A stretch of 27,018 bases of DNA from an uncultured Verrucomicrobiota bacterium (GCA_964249225.1 CAXUBD010000001.1:12026-39043); one strand, 5' to 3'; shown: positions 7,551-17,082, counted from the stretch's first letter. Numbers and translations are program-made. Notes: generated by a model not told the origin, from the sequence alone.

Positions 7551-8822
7551 TCATCGATCGGATTCTCCCATCACAAAATCAATCGAACCCAAAATCACCG
7601 GCACGTCACTGATCATTGCGCCCGGCATCAGTTCGCCGAGGATGCTCAAATTGATGAACGAGGGCGCGCGGATTTTCAGGCGATACGGCACGCCGCCGCC
7701 TTTGCTGTTGATGTAAAAGCCGAGTTCGCCTTTCGGATTTTCGTGGCCGAAATAAATTTCGCCGGGCGGACAATTCACGCCTTCGGTCACGAGCATGAAT
7801 TGATGGATCAATTCCTCCATCTTCGTCATCACTTTTTGCTTCGGCGGCAAAACAATTTTCCCATCGTCCACGTTGACCGGCTCGTGCGAATTATTTTCCG
7901 CGCCGCCGGGAATTTTGTTCAGGCACTGCTCCAGAATTCTCATGCTCTGCTTCATTTCTTCCATCCGCACGAGATAGCGGTCATAGCAATCGCCGACCGA
8001 GCCGGTGGGAATGTCGAACTCCAAATCCTTGTAGCAAAGATACGGCTGCGCCTTGCGCATGTCGTGTTCGACGCCGCTGCCGCGCAGGTTCGGGCCGCTC
8101 AAGCCGTAGTCAATCGCCATTTGTTTCGAGATGACGCCGAGGTCGCGCAGACGGTCCACCCAAATGCGATTGCGCGTGAGCAACGTGTGCGTTTCGGCGA
8201 GCGCGACGGCAAATTCTTTCAGGAACTGGCGGACTTGATCGCACCACGTCGGCGGAACATCGCGCATCAAACCGCCGATGCGCGTGTAAGTCGTCGTCAA
8301 GCGCGCGCCGCTCGCGGCTTCGGCGAGATTGTAAATTTTTTCGCGCTCGGTGAACGTCAGCAGAAAAACCGTGACCGCGCCGGTGTCCATCGCGAACGCG
8401 CCGAGGCCGAGCAGATGCGATGAAATGCGCGCGAGTTCCGCGCACATGACGCGGATGTATTGGCAGCGCGGTGGCAATTTGTCGTGGATGCCGAGAAGTT
8501 TTTCAACGGCGAGCGCGTAGGCGACGTTGTTCGCGAGCGGCGCGAGATAATCCAGCCGGTCCGTGTAAGGGATGAACTGGGTGTAGGTCATGTTCTCGGC
8601 GATTTTTTCGTCGCCGCGATGCAGATAGCCCACGTCCGGATCGGCTTTCGTGATGACTTCGCCGTCGAGTTCCAAAACGATCCGCAAGACGCCGTGCGTA
8701 GCCGGATGCGACGGCCCCATGTTCAGCACCATGCGCTCGCCCTGGATGTCCGGCAAATCATCCACGGCCGCCGCCGTGCGGGCGGCGGAATCGCGAATCT
8801 CAATGTCTTGAACAGTGGCCAT
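7551..8822 (-). CDS. nuoD: NADH-quinone oxidoreductase subunit D
   Basis: NMGPSHPATHGVLR, GYLHRGDEK, DRLDY, ENPKGELG, IDFVMGESDR. Confidence 0.97.
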   Translation of the reverse strand: MATVQDIEIRDSAARTAAAVDDLPDIQGERMVLNMGPSHPATHGVLRIVLELDGEVITKADPDVGYLHRGDEKIAENMTYTQFIPYTDRLDYLAPLANNVAYALAVEKLLGIHDKLPPRCQYIRVMCAELARISSHLLGLGAFAMDTGAVTVFLLTFTEREKIYNLAEAASGARLTTTYTRIGGLMRDVPPTWCDQVRQFLKEFAVALAETHTLLTRNRIWVDRLRDLGVISKQMAIDYGLSGPNLRGSGVEHDMRKAQPYLCYKDLEFDIPTGSVGDCYDRYLVRMEEMKQSMRILEQCLNKIPGGAENNSHEPVNVDDGKIVLPPKQKVMTKMEELIHQFMLVTEGVNCPPGEIYFGHENPKGELGFYINSKGGGVPYRLKIRAPSFINLSILGELMPGAMISDVPVILGSIDFVMGESDR

Positions 8823-8827
8823 GAAAA

Positions 8828-9499
8828 TTATTTTTTCTCAATCGGTCCCGGGCCAAAAGCTTGGCCGCGCAATTCTTTGTTGTCGCTGCGCGCCTCGACG
8901 CGCGCGTTGAATTCCACTTCGTCCGTTTCAGGAATCCGCACGCGCGGCTCGCGCGCGATGGAATCGTTGCCGCCGGAAATCGTCACGAACGGTCCGCCTT
9001 CCATCGGCGTTATTTCCGTGAACGCCACGCCCGGCAAATCCGTCGGTTTGCCCGCGAGCGGAAAATCCTTGCGCAACGGAAAATACGGATAGCCTTCCCA
9101 CATCAAAATCCGGCGCAAATCCGGATGGCCACGAAAACGGATGCCCATCATGTCGTAGATTTCGCGCTCGTGCCAGTTGCTCGTGCGCCACACGCCGAAG
9201 ACGCTGGGCAATTCAGATTTTTCCTCGCTGACATCGGTCTTGAGGCGCAATTCGCACATCGTCGCGAGCACGCGCAGATGATAAACGACCGTCCAGCGCG
9301 GGTCGTCGCCGTAATTGTCCACGCTGGAAATATCCACGAGATAATTGAAACCCAACTGGTGCTTGGCAAAATTGCAGACTTCAAAAATCTGTTCCGCGTC
9401 GGCGAGCTTGATGGTGATTTCGCCGCGAAATTCCGCCGGTTCGGAGATGATCTCGCCGAACTTGGCCTTGATTTTTTGAGCGAATTCGGGGGCGGTCAC
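8828..9499 (-). CDS. nuoC: NADH-quinone oxidoreductase subunit C
   Basis: NWHEREIYDMMGIRFRGHPDLRRILMWEGY..FPLRKDFP; GTG start. Confidence 0.96.
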   Translation of the reverse strand: MTAPEFAQKIKAKFGEIISEPAEFRGEITIKLADAEQIFEVCNFAKHQLGFNYLVDISSVDNYGDDPRWTVVYHLRVLATMCELRLKTDVSEEKSELPSVFGVWRTSNWHEREIYDMMGIRFRGHPDLRRILMWEGYPYFPLRKDFPLAGKPTDLPGVAFTEITPMEGGPFVTISGGNDSIAREPRVRIPETDEVEFNARVEARSDNKELRGQAFGPGPIEKK

Positions 9500-9506
9500 G
9501 GGAAAT

Positions 9507-10040
9507 TCAAGATTTCGACGAGGCGTGCAGCATCGAGGTCACATTCATTTCGCCCAAGATCGGTTGCGTGCCGATTTTTTCCTGGATTTTCATCAGCGCG
9601 TCGAGGACGGCTTCGGGACGCGGCGGACAGCCGGAAATATAAACGTCCACCGGCACGATTTTGTCCACGCCTTGCAGCACGGCGTAACTGCGATACATCC
9701 CGCCGGACGACGCGCATGCGCCCATCGCGATGACCCATTTCGGTTCCGGCATCTGGTCGTAAATGCGTTTCAAGCTCCCGGCCATTTTGTAAGTGACCGT
9801 GCCGGCGACAATCATGCAATCGGCCTGGCGCGGCGAGAAGCGCATGACTTCCGAACCAAAACGGGAAATATCAAAACGGCTCGCGCCGACGGCCATCAAT
9901 TCGATCGCGCAACACGCGAGGCCCATCGGCATCGGCCAGACGGAATTTTTGCGGAACCAGGCGAGCGCGGCGTCCACGCGGGTGACGACCACGTCGCCCT
10001 CGATCTTCGAGTCATAACCAAAATCGCTTTGTGTCCGCAT
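9507..10040 (-). CDS. nuoB: NADH-quinone oxidoreductase subunit B
   Basis: [39 protein letters not shown]. Confidence 0.97.
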   Translation of the reverse strand: MRTQSDFGYDSKIEGDVVVTRVDAALAWFRKNSVWPMPMGLACCAIELMAVGASRFDISRFGSEVMRFSPRQADCMIVAGTVTYKMAGSLKRIYDQMPEPKWVIAMGACASSGGMYRSYAVLQGVDKIVPVDVYISGCPPRPEAVLDALMKIQEKIGTQPILGEMNVTSMLHASSKS

Positions 10041-10081
10041 TTAAATGATTAGATAAACGCCCGGAAAAAGAGCGTGGATTG

Positions 10082-10110
10082 AGCCTAGCTCCGCGCAAAA
10101 TTGCTCGCAA
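10082..10110 (-). promoter_or_regulatory. Putative sigma70 promoter of the nuo operon
   Basis: Minus strand: TTGCGA, 17-nt spacer, TAGGCT, about 40 nt upstream of the nuoB ATG. Confidence 0.55.
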
Positions 10111-10117
10111 GTTTAAA

Positions 10118-10135
10118 TTGTGATTTTTTTCACAA
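10118..10135. promoter_or_regulatory. Palindromic operator TTGTGA-N6-TCACAA (Rex or CRP/FNR-family type)
   Basis: TTGTGATTTTTTTCACAA matches both the Rex consensus (TTGTGAW-N4-WTCACAA) and the CRP core (TGTGA-N6-TCACA). Confidence 0.7.
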
Positions 10136-10247
10136 AGTTTTTTTACAGTCGCAAAATTCAATCGCATTGCTTTGAAAATTGTCCTCACAACTTCCGCTTG
10201 TGACCGGCGGCGACTTGCACGACAATAAAAACACAACGGGCGAAATT

Positions 10248-11006
10248 ATGAAGACATTTGCCGAATTGAATTTTCCAGGGCGGCTCATCGCCGTCGAGGG
10301 TCTCGACGGTTCGGGCAAGTCCACGCAGATATATCTGCTCAAACGCTGGCTCGAAGCCGAGGGCATCAAGGTTTATTTCAGCGAATGGAATTCTTCCGAA
10401 CTCGTCAAATCCGCCACGAGCAAGGGCAAAAAACGCGAGCTGCTCACGCCGACCACTTTCAGTCTGATCCACGCGACGGATTTCGCCGACCGTTACGAAC
10501 GCCATCTGCTGCCGCTGCTGCGCGCGGGCTACGTCGTGTTGTGCGACCGTTATATTTTCACAGCGTTCGCGCGCGACGTCGTGCGCGGCTGCCCGCCGGA
10601 ATGGGTGCGCGGCCTTTACAATTTCGCCGCGCGCCCCGACCTGACGTTTTTTTTCAAGGCGGACTTGGAGGTATCGTTGCAACGGATTCTCGACGGCCGG
10701 CCAAAATTAAAATTTTTCGAGGCGGGTATGGATTTGCATTTGTCGAGTGATCCGTATGAAAGTTTCCGCATTTTCCAAGGCCGCATTCTAGAACAATATA
10801 TGGCGATGAGCGGCGAATTTAAATTCGTCGTGCTCAACGCCAACGAGCACGTCGAAAAACAGCAGGTGCTCGTCCGCAAACTCGTTGGCGAGAAAATCAA
10901 CCTGAAAAAATTCAAGCGCCGCAGCCCGCTACCATTGCCGCCGGCCGTTCCCGTCCGCCCGGAAGACAAGGCGGTGCCAGTCGAGGAGGAATCAACCGCC
11001 GCATGA
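10248..11006 (+). CDS. Thymidylate-kinase-like P-loop protein (copy 1)
   Basis: LIAVEGLDGSGKSTQ P-loop and LCDRY motif; ATG 10248 preferred over the TTG extension. Confidence 0.85.
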   Translation: MKTFAELNFPGRLIAVEGLDGSGKSTQIYLLKRWLEAEGIKVYFSEWNSSELVKSATSKGKKRELLTPTTFSLIHATDFADRYERHLLPLLRAGYVVLCDRYIFTAFARDVVRGCPPEWVRGLYNFAARPDLTFFFKADLEVSLQRILDGRPKLKFFEAGMDLHLSSDPYESFRIFQGRILEQYMAMSGEFKFVVLNANEHVEKQQVLVRKLVGEKINLKKFKRRSPLPLPPAVPVRPEDKAVPVEEESTAA

Positions 11007-11713
11007 AAAAAATTTCTACCGCCACAAAAAAATGCCGCCAGTTTTACGGCCACGGGATTCCGAACGTCAAACTGGAGGAACTCGCGGGCAAACTCATCGC
11101 CGTCGAAGGCGCGGACGGTTCGGGCCGTTCCACGCAGATCGCGCGGCTCGTCGAGTGGCTGGAAACCAGCGGGCGCGCGACCGTGCAGGTCGGCCTTAAA
11201 CGTTCAACGCTGGTCAGTGAAGAACTCAACAAGGCGCAGAACGGAAACATTTTGAGCCGCACCACGCTCGGGCTTTTTTATGCGACGGATTTTGCCGACC
11301 AGTTGGAAAACATCATTCTGCCCGCGCTCAAAGCCGGTTTCATCGTGCTGGCCGACCGCTACATTTATACGCTCATGGCGCGCGACATGGTGCGTGGCAT
11401 GAACGAAGCGTGGCTGAAAAATCTTTACGGCATCGCGCTCGTGCCCGACGCGGTTTTTTATCTTTCGGTCGAACCGGAAGAACTCGTGCAACGCAATCTC
11501 GCTAAAAATGCGACGTTGGATTATTGGGAGAGCGGAATGGATTTGGGCTTGTCGCGCGATATGTTCGACAGCTTTTTGAAATATCAGTTTGCGATGCAGA
11601 TCGCGTTCCGTCAGTTGCAAAAGACTTATGACTTCGAAATCGTGGACGCGAACCGCTCCGTGGATTCCGTCACAAGGGAACTGCACAAAAAAATCGGCGC
11701 GCTGATTGATTGA
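11003..11713 (+). CDS. Thymidylate-kinase-like P-loop protein (copy 2, GSGRST)
   Basis: LIAVEGADGSGRSTQ and LADRY; ATGA overlap with copy 1. Confidence 0.85.
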   Translation: MKKISTATKKCRQFYGHGIPNVKLEELAGKLIAVEGADGSGRSTQIARLVEWLETSGRATVQVGLKRSTLVSEELNKAQNGNILSRTTLGLFYATDFADQLENIILPALKAGFIVLADRYIYTLMARDMVRGMNEAWLKNLYGIALVPDAVFYLSVEPEELVQRNLAKNATLDYWESGMDLGLSRDMFDSFLKYQFAMQIAFRQLQKTYDFEIVDANRSVDSVTRELHKKIGALID

Positions 11714-11717
11714 AAAA

Positions 11718-12233
11718 TCAAACGCCCGGCGTGTTGGTCGCGGCCGGCGGCGGAAAATTGGCCGGCGCGTTTGTGGCGCCGGACGGGCGGCGCGGCGGAT
11801 GTTTCATCAAATCTTCAAATTGTTTCCGCTGGTCCGGCGTGAGCTGCTCACGGATTTGCTGCCGCGCATCCTGCAGCACCTTGCGCATCTGCGCGGCGTT
11901 GTTGGTCCAGATCACGCGGTCCTGCTCCTGGCCGTCGGCAATGATTTTCTCAATTTTATCGCGCTGCTCGGGCGCGAGCTGAAGCGTGTCGTTCAGCCGC
12001 CCGACAAATTCCTTGCCCCACATTTCCGGCAGGCGCAGCTTGGGGAATTCTGCCGCGCGCGACAGATTCGGGCTGTTCGTTTTCGGAATGGAATTGGTGG
12101 CGAAAAAGGCCGTCTCCGGCCGCTTGGAATTTTTCGGGCGTGTATGCTGGACGCAATTGACGAGCAATCCGCCCGTCATCACCCCGGCGGCAAAAATCAC
12201 CACGGTGGCCAGAATGACTTTCCAGTAATTCAC
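11718..12233 (-). CDS. Membrane-anchored helical protein, Spy/CpxP-like (LTxxQ motif)
   Basis: N-terminal hydrophobic segment, LAPEQRDKI and LTPDQRKQF repeats; third gene of an ECF cluster. Confidence 0.65.
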   Translation of the reverse strand: MNYWKVILATVVIFAAGVMTGGLLVNCVQHTRPKNSKRPETAFFATNSIPKTNSPNLSRAAEFPKLRLPEMWGKEFVGRLNDTLQLAPEQRDKIEKIIADGQEQDRVIWTNNAAQMRKVLQDARQQIREQLTPDQRKQFEDLMKHPPRRPSGATNAPANFPPPAATNTPGV

Positions 12234-12535
12234 GGAGTTTGATCGCCTTGGTCCACGGAAGCCAGCAGCGTGTTTTCAAAATCCTGCGAGAGATCGCCTG
12301 AACCGCCCAGCGTGGCCGGCGTGAAAAACGCCCACGCGCCAAGCAGCAACGTCACCGCTACGCAGGGAACCGCCGCGCGCCAAAGCCCGTGCACCCACAA
12401 CACAATGTTGTCCGGGGCGACGCGCGCGGCGAGCAGTGCCGTGATGCGTTTTTCAAAGGCATACGGCACGCCATCGCTCGGCGGATGGGCGCGGGCGGCG
12501 GCGATCAACTTCCTTTGCAGTTCAACCGTATTCAT
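12230..12535 (-). CDS. Putative single-TM anti-sigma factor
   Basis: Directly downstream of an ECF sigma; soluble N-terminus then TM (AAVPCVAVTLLLGAWAFF). Start at ATG 12535. Confidence 0.6.
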   Translation of the reverse strand: MNTVELQRKLIAAARAHPPSDGVPYAFEKRITALLAARVAPDNIVLWVHGLWRAAVPCVAVTLLLGAWAFFTPATLGGSGDLSQDFENTLLASVDQGDQTP

Positions 12536-12581
12536 AATGGCCACGTCTGATTGGACGCCGCCTGGCGGCATCGGGTTACAG

Positions 12582-13169
12582 TCATAGATATTTCTCCCGT
12601 GTCATTTTGGCGAGAATTTTCCGCATCTCGCCGCGCGCCCGAAACGCGCGGACTTTCACCAGCGGCACCGACCAGCCGGTGAGGGCGGCGATCTCCTTCA
12701 CGGAACGATCTTCAATTTCCAACAGCGTGATGACCAATCGCGCCGTGGGTGAAAGTTTTTCCAGGATGCGTCCGATCAATAATTTTGCCGCGTCCGCATG
12801 ATCGGAAACGTTTTCCGGCGCGGCGGCGAAACGGTCCAGCCAGTCGCTTTCCGGTTCGCTCAAATCCGTGAACGAGGATTCGCGGTTGCGCTGGTGGCCG
12901 CGCAAAAAATCGTAGCAGGTGCGCACGGTCATGCGCATGAGCCAGTGCTCAAACGGCGCTTCGCCGCGAAAACTTTTCAGTTTGCCGAACGCTTTGAGCC
13001 AGACTTCCTGCGCGATATCCTCGACCTCGCTTTCGCGGCGCGCGTAACGGCGCGCGGTGGCGAAGACCCGCGGGGAATATTTCTGGACAAGCGGCTCGAA
13101 ACTGGCGGCGTCGCCCGAAAGCACGGCGGCAATCAATTCTGCTTCAGTCCGTTCCATCGTGTTGATCAT
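12582..13169 (-). CDS. ECF-family RNA polymerase sigma factor
   Basis: Region 2 (EVEDIAQEVWLKAF...FEHWLMRMTVRTCYDFLR) and region 4 HTH (SVKEIAALTGWSVPLVKVRAFRAR). Start 13169 or 13157. Confidence 0.93.
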   Translation of the reverse strand: MINTMERTEAELIAAVLSGDAASFEPLVQKYSPRVFATARRYARRESEVEDIAQEVWLKAFGKLKSFRGEAPFEHWLMRMTVRTCYDFLRGHQRNRESSFTDLSEPESDWLDRFAAAPENVSDHADAAKLLIGRILEKLSPTARLVITLLEIEDRSVKEIAALTGWSVPLVKVRAFRARGEMRKILAKMTREKYL

Positions 13170-13220
13170 GCCAGACGTTTTTGGCCAAAAAGTTAAAAGC
13201 GGTTTTAAAAATCCGCGCGC

Positions 13221-13475
13221 TCACGGACGCGTGATGCGCAGCGCGGTTTCCAATTCACGCGTAAATTGTCCGACGGCTTCGCCCAGCTTGGGCGGCTGTT
13301 CGGCGAGCGCGACGAGCATCCGCTCGGCGGCAGCGGGCTTGCGGCGGATGATTTCAATGGCCGCCACCATCAGCGAAAGGTGGTTGTTCACGTCGTGCCG
13401 CATCGTGACGAGTTTTTCGTTCAATTCACGAATCTGCTCGGCGGTCAAAGTGACAGGCTCATGGGGCAGCGGCAT
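13221..13475 (-). CDS. Stand-alone HisKA/DHp-like helical protein
   Basis: 84 aa with H-box-like MRHDVNNHLSLM and two amphipathic helices; no HATPase domain. Confidence 0.65.
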   Translation of the reverse strand: MPLPHEPVTLTAEQIRELNEKLVTMRHDVNNHLSLMVAAIEIIRRKPAAAERMLVALAEQPPKLGEAVGQFTRELETALRITRP

Positions 13476-13708
13476 GGGAAAATCATTGCGCAAGTTTTGG
13501 GGAAAGCAAGCCGCTTCCCCGATGAAATGTTCAAAACGAAAATCAGGGACAGGTGGGATTCAAATTTTGCCGAATCAGATTATGCCGCTGCCTAAAATTC
13601 AACCATTCATTCCAGATTTTAGACAGTCCGGCTTAAAGATTCACAAACAGCTTTGAAATCGCTGCTGGCATATGAGTAGCTTCAATTGATTTGAAAAAAT
13701 GGATGTAA

Positions 13709-15484
13709 ATGACCAGTCAAGCAATTCAACCTGATATTTTTGCCACGGGAGTCGTCAATTTGGAGGCATGTTCCAAGTCCCAAGTCGGGGCGGGGCGTTA
13801 CACGCTTGTAAAAATTCTGGGGCGCGGCGGCATGGGCGTCGTCTGGCTGGCGCGTGATGAATTGCTCGCCACCGATGTCGCGCTGAAATTCCTGCCGCCG
13901 CAAATCCGGTTTGATTCCGCCGCGCTGGATGATTTGCGCCGGGAAACTTCGCGCAGCCGGAAATTGACGCATCCGAACATCATCCGCATCCACGATTTTT
14001 ACGATGCGAAAAATGAAGAGGCATTCATTTCGATGGAATATGTGGAAGGCTCGAATCTCGCAGGTGCGCGTGTCGAAAAATCGCAGCGCGTCCTGACGTG
14101 GGAATCGCTCGCACCGCTGGTCCGGCAACTTTGCGAAGGTTTGGAATACGCGCACGACGAACGCGTGATTCATCGCGATTTAAAGCCGGCGAACCTGATG
14201 CTTGATGCCAAAGGCCGCTTGAAGCTCGCAGACTTCGGCATCGCGCGGACGCTCAACGACACGATGACGCGCGTTTCGATGAATCCGAGCACCAGTGGCA
14301 CGTTGCTTTATATGAGCCCGCAACAGCTTGAGGGCAAATCGCCCCGCGTGACGGACGACATTTATGCTCTAGGCGCGACGCTTTATGAATTGTTGACCAG
14401 CAAGCCGCCGTTTTTCTCCGGAGATTTTTTGCATCAAGTCCGTCATGCCGCGCCCGTGTCATTGCGCAAGCGCTTGAAAGAATGGGAAATCGCCAATGAA
14501 ATTCCAGCGGAAGTTGAAACCGTCATTTTAGCCTGCCTCGCCAAAGACGAAACCAAACGTCCACAAAGCGCCCGGGCGGTCGCCGTGCAATTGGGATTGG
14601 TCGCGGACAATGCGCCGCGAAAATTTCATCACAAATTTTCGCGGAATGATTTTTGTATCACCGCCGTCGGAACCGTTGCGGCCGCGATCTTTTTGCATCT
14701 GGGCTTTACCGGCCTCACCCAAAAAACTTCGGCCGCGATTCCCGACAAACCAATCGCCCTGGCACCCGGGCCGAAACCGGCTTCCGATCCATGGGAAGAA
14801 AATTTCAATGACAAGCCAACCGCCAAAAACAAGACTCCCGAACTTCTTCCGGCGGCCCCGGCGGTCAAGGCCGGCGCACCGGTGGAAAAAATGATTGAAC
14901 CGCCTGCGGTCCGGCAAAGCATGGGAGAAAAAATAACCGCCCTGATTCTGCCGGCGCCCGCGCCAAATCAGCCGGAAAATTTCACGGCGCTGCAACTGGT
15001 GAAATTAGGCGATCATTATGTCAGCGAAGATTCCCATGATCAGGTGATCCAAATTATTTCAGACAAAAGCGTTGATGACCTCGCGCCAAAAAGCTGGCGC
15101 GTGATTTATCACAACCAGCAAGCCACGTTTCACGCGACCGAAGTCCAGTTTATGGACGGAAAAATGGTCCGCGTGCGCGAGCCAAATCGGGTCTTGCAAA
15201 TATTCGCGCCGAACGCGCGCAAAACATTTGACCTGGCTAAAGTAAGACTGGATTCCGACGACGCGCTCAAAATCGTGATGGATTTGCCGGAAGTGCGCGC
15301 GGCTTCCGTTATCGCCGTGCAAATGGAACTGGATCGCGGCTACGGCGGGCTGCCGGTTTGGAGCGTGGATTTATTTGGCGAAAGTCAATCCAAGCTCGCC
15401 GACGAAAAAGATCTCGGCACCATTTCCTTGCTGGCCGACAGCGGGAAAATTTTAAAAAATACGCTCATCAAAAAAAGCGAATGA
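13709..15484 (+). CDS. Hanks-type Ser/Thr protein kinase with TM and extracytoplasmic C-terminal domain
   Basis: LGRGGMGVVW, VALKF, IHRDLKPAN, DFG, GTLLYMSPQQ, DDIYALG; TM around ITAVGTVAAAIFLHLGF; Pro-rich linker. Confidence 0.93.
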   Translation: MTSQAIQPDIFATGVVNLEACSKSQVGAGRYTLVKILGRGGMGVVWLARDELLATDVALKFLPPQIRFDSAALDDLRRETSRSRKLTHPNIIRIHDFYDAKNEEAFISMEYVEGSNLAGARVEKSQRVLTWESLAPLVRQLCEGLEYAHDERVIHRDLKPANLMLDAKGRLKLADFGIARTLNDTMTRVSMNPSTSGTLLYMSPQQLEGKSPRVTDDIYALGATLYELLTSKPPFFSGDFLHQVRHAAPVSLRKRLKEWEIANEIPAEVETVILACLAKDETKRPQSARAVAVQLGLVADNAPRKFHHKFSRNDFCITAVGTVAAAIFLHLGFTGLTQKTSAAIPDKPIALAPGPKPASDPWEENFNDKPTAKNKTPELLPAAPAVKAGAPVEKMIEPPAVRQSMGEKITALILPAPAPNQPENFTALQLVKLGDHYVSEDSHDQVIQIISDKSVDDLAPKSWRVIYHNQQATFHATEVQFMDGKMVRVREPNRVLQIFAPNARKTFDLAKVRLDSDDALKIVMDLPEVRAASVIAVQMELDRGYGGLPVWSVDLFGESQSKLADEKDLGTISLLADSGKILKNTLIKKSE

Positions 15485-17055
15485 AAGCCGACGTCGCGCC
15501 GCCGCTTCATCTGTCGCTGCGTTTTGGCGAACAACGCTGGCAAAAAAGTTTCCACCAGCCATTTATCATCATTGGCCGCGCCAGCGGTGCCATGCTGCCG
15601 GATCTGGATTTGTCCCTCGACATCAACATTTCGCGGCGGCAGGCGCGCATCTGGCGCGAGGATGACGCCTGCTGGCTCGAAGATTTGGGCAGCAAATTCG
15701 GAACGAGAATCAACGGCTGCAGGCTGGGCATCAACGCCAAACAAAAATTGTCCGCCGGCGACTTGATCAAAATGGGCGACACGGAAATTCAAGTGGAAAT
15801 TCCGAACGAAGCTGCCGCCAATGTTTCAAAAAATAATTTAACCGACACCATTTCCATTTCCACATCGCTCGACGCGACCGAAAATAATTTGAGTCTGCCC
15901 GCGCCGCGCGGCAAATCAAAATCCGACTATTCCCGCCCGTTCCTCGATTTGGTTTTGGAATTAAACAATCAAACCGAACTCGCACAACTTCTGCCTGCGA
16001 TATTGAATCAGACCGTGGATTTGATTCCCGGCGCCAAACGCGGCACGTTGCTGTTGCGCGGCCCGGACCGCGAAACGCTCGTGCTCGCGGCGTTTGTTTC
16101 TGATGGCGAGCCCGCCGTCAGCGAAACGCTCGCGCGCCGCGCGCTGGCGGAAAAAAAAGGCTTTATCTGGCGGCAAAATTTTCAAGGCGATCCCGGCTTG
16201 AGCATTCAACGCCATCAAATCGCCTCCGGCATGTATGCGCCGCTGGTTTGCCGTGGCGAAACCCTCGGCGTCATTTGCGTGGACAGCCCGTCGCGCGATT
16301 CTATTTTTTCGGAAGACGATTTGCGCCTGCTGCTCGCCGTCGCGCACTTCGCCGCGACTTCCGTGGCGAATCAGCAACTTCAAGAAAGTTTGCGCGACAA
16401 CGCGAAATTGCTCGAACGCCTGCTCACAAATTTTTCGCCGAAACTGCGCGGAACCCTTTTGGAAAAAGCGCGGCTCGGACGTTTGCGGCCCGGCGGCGAA
16501 AAATCCGAAGTCACCATTTTATTTTCCGACATCCGCGATTTCACGACCAAAAGCGCGAACATGGATCCGGCGGACGTCGTTGAAATGTTGAACGATTATC
16601 TGCCCGCGCTCGGCCAGGCGATTTTTCCATTCCACGGCACGATTGACAAATTTTTAGGCGACGCCGTGCTCGCCGTTTTTCGCAGCCCCGAGCCCGATTC
16701 GCGCCCGCATGAAAAAGCCGTGCGCACCGCGCTGGCGATGCAATCCGCCGTTGCCAAAGTCAGCGCCCAGCGCGCCGCCAAAGGCGAAACGGTTTGCGAA
16801 ATTGGAATCGGCATTCATTGCGGCGAAGTGTTGCACGGATTTATCGGCTCGGCGGAACGCCTGGAACTCACCGTCATCGGCGATGCCGTCAATCGCGCCT
16901 CGCGTTTTTGCAATCAGGCCAAAGCCGGGGAAATTTTGATCAGCTACGAATTGTATCAACACATTTTCACGCAGATCGAATACGAAAAAACCAGCATCAG
17001 CGCTAAAAATCTGGAAGCCATTCCAGCGTATCGCGTGAAAAAGATCCTTGCGTAA
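15481..17055 (+). CDS. FHA-GAF-class III adenylate cyclase
   Basis: FHA (IIIGRAS...ISRRQA...DLGSKFGTRING), GAF (SGMYAPL...GVICVDS...FSEDD), cyclase (ILFSDIRDFT, IDKFLGDAV, TVIGDAVNRASR). ATG 15481 overlaps the kinase stop. Confidence 0.92.
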   Translation: MKADVAPPLHLSLRFGEQRWQKSFHQPFIIIGRASGAMLPDLDLSLDINISRRQARIWREDDACWLEDLGSKFGTRINGCRLGINAKQKLSAGDLIKMGDTEIQVEIPNEAAANVSKNNLTDTISISTSLDATENNLSLPAPRGKSKSDYSRPFLDLVLELNNQTELAQLLPAILNQTVDLIPGAKRGTLLLRGPDRETLVLAAFVSDGEPAVSETLARRALAEKKGFIWRQNFQGDPGLSIQRHQIASGMYAPLVCRGETLGVICVDSPSRDSIFSEDDLRLLLAVAHFAATSVANQQLQESLRDNAKLLERLLTNFSPKLRGTLLEKARLGRLRPGGEKSEVTILFSDIRDFTTKSANMDPADVVEMLNDYLPALGQAIFPFHGTIDKFLGDAVLAVFRSPEPDSRPHEKAVRTALAMQSAVAKVSAQRAAKGETVCEIGIGIHCGEVLHGFIGSAERLELTVIGDAVNRASRFCNQAKAGEILISYELYQHIFTQIEYEKTSISAKNLEAIPAYRVKKILA

Positions 17056-17082
17056 GATTCTCCTTTAAATGTGGGAAAAAAA

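Noticed and set aside
13173-13194. Autoregulatory ECF promoter (AAC...CGTC) and TTTTTGGCCAAAAA palindrome upstream of the sigma gene
   Set aside because: AAC-to-CGT spacing is 14 nt versus the usual 16-17; not supportable.
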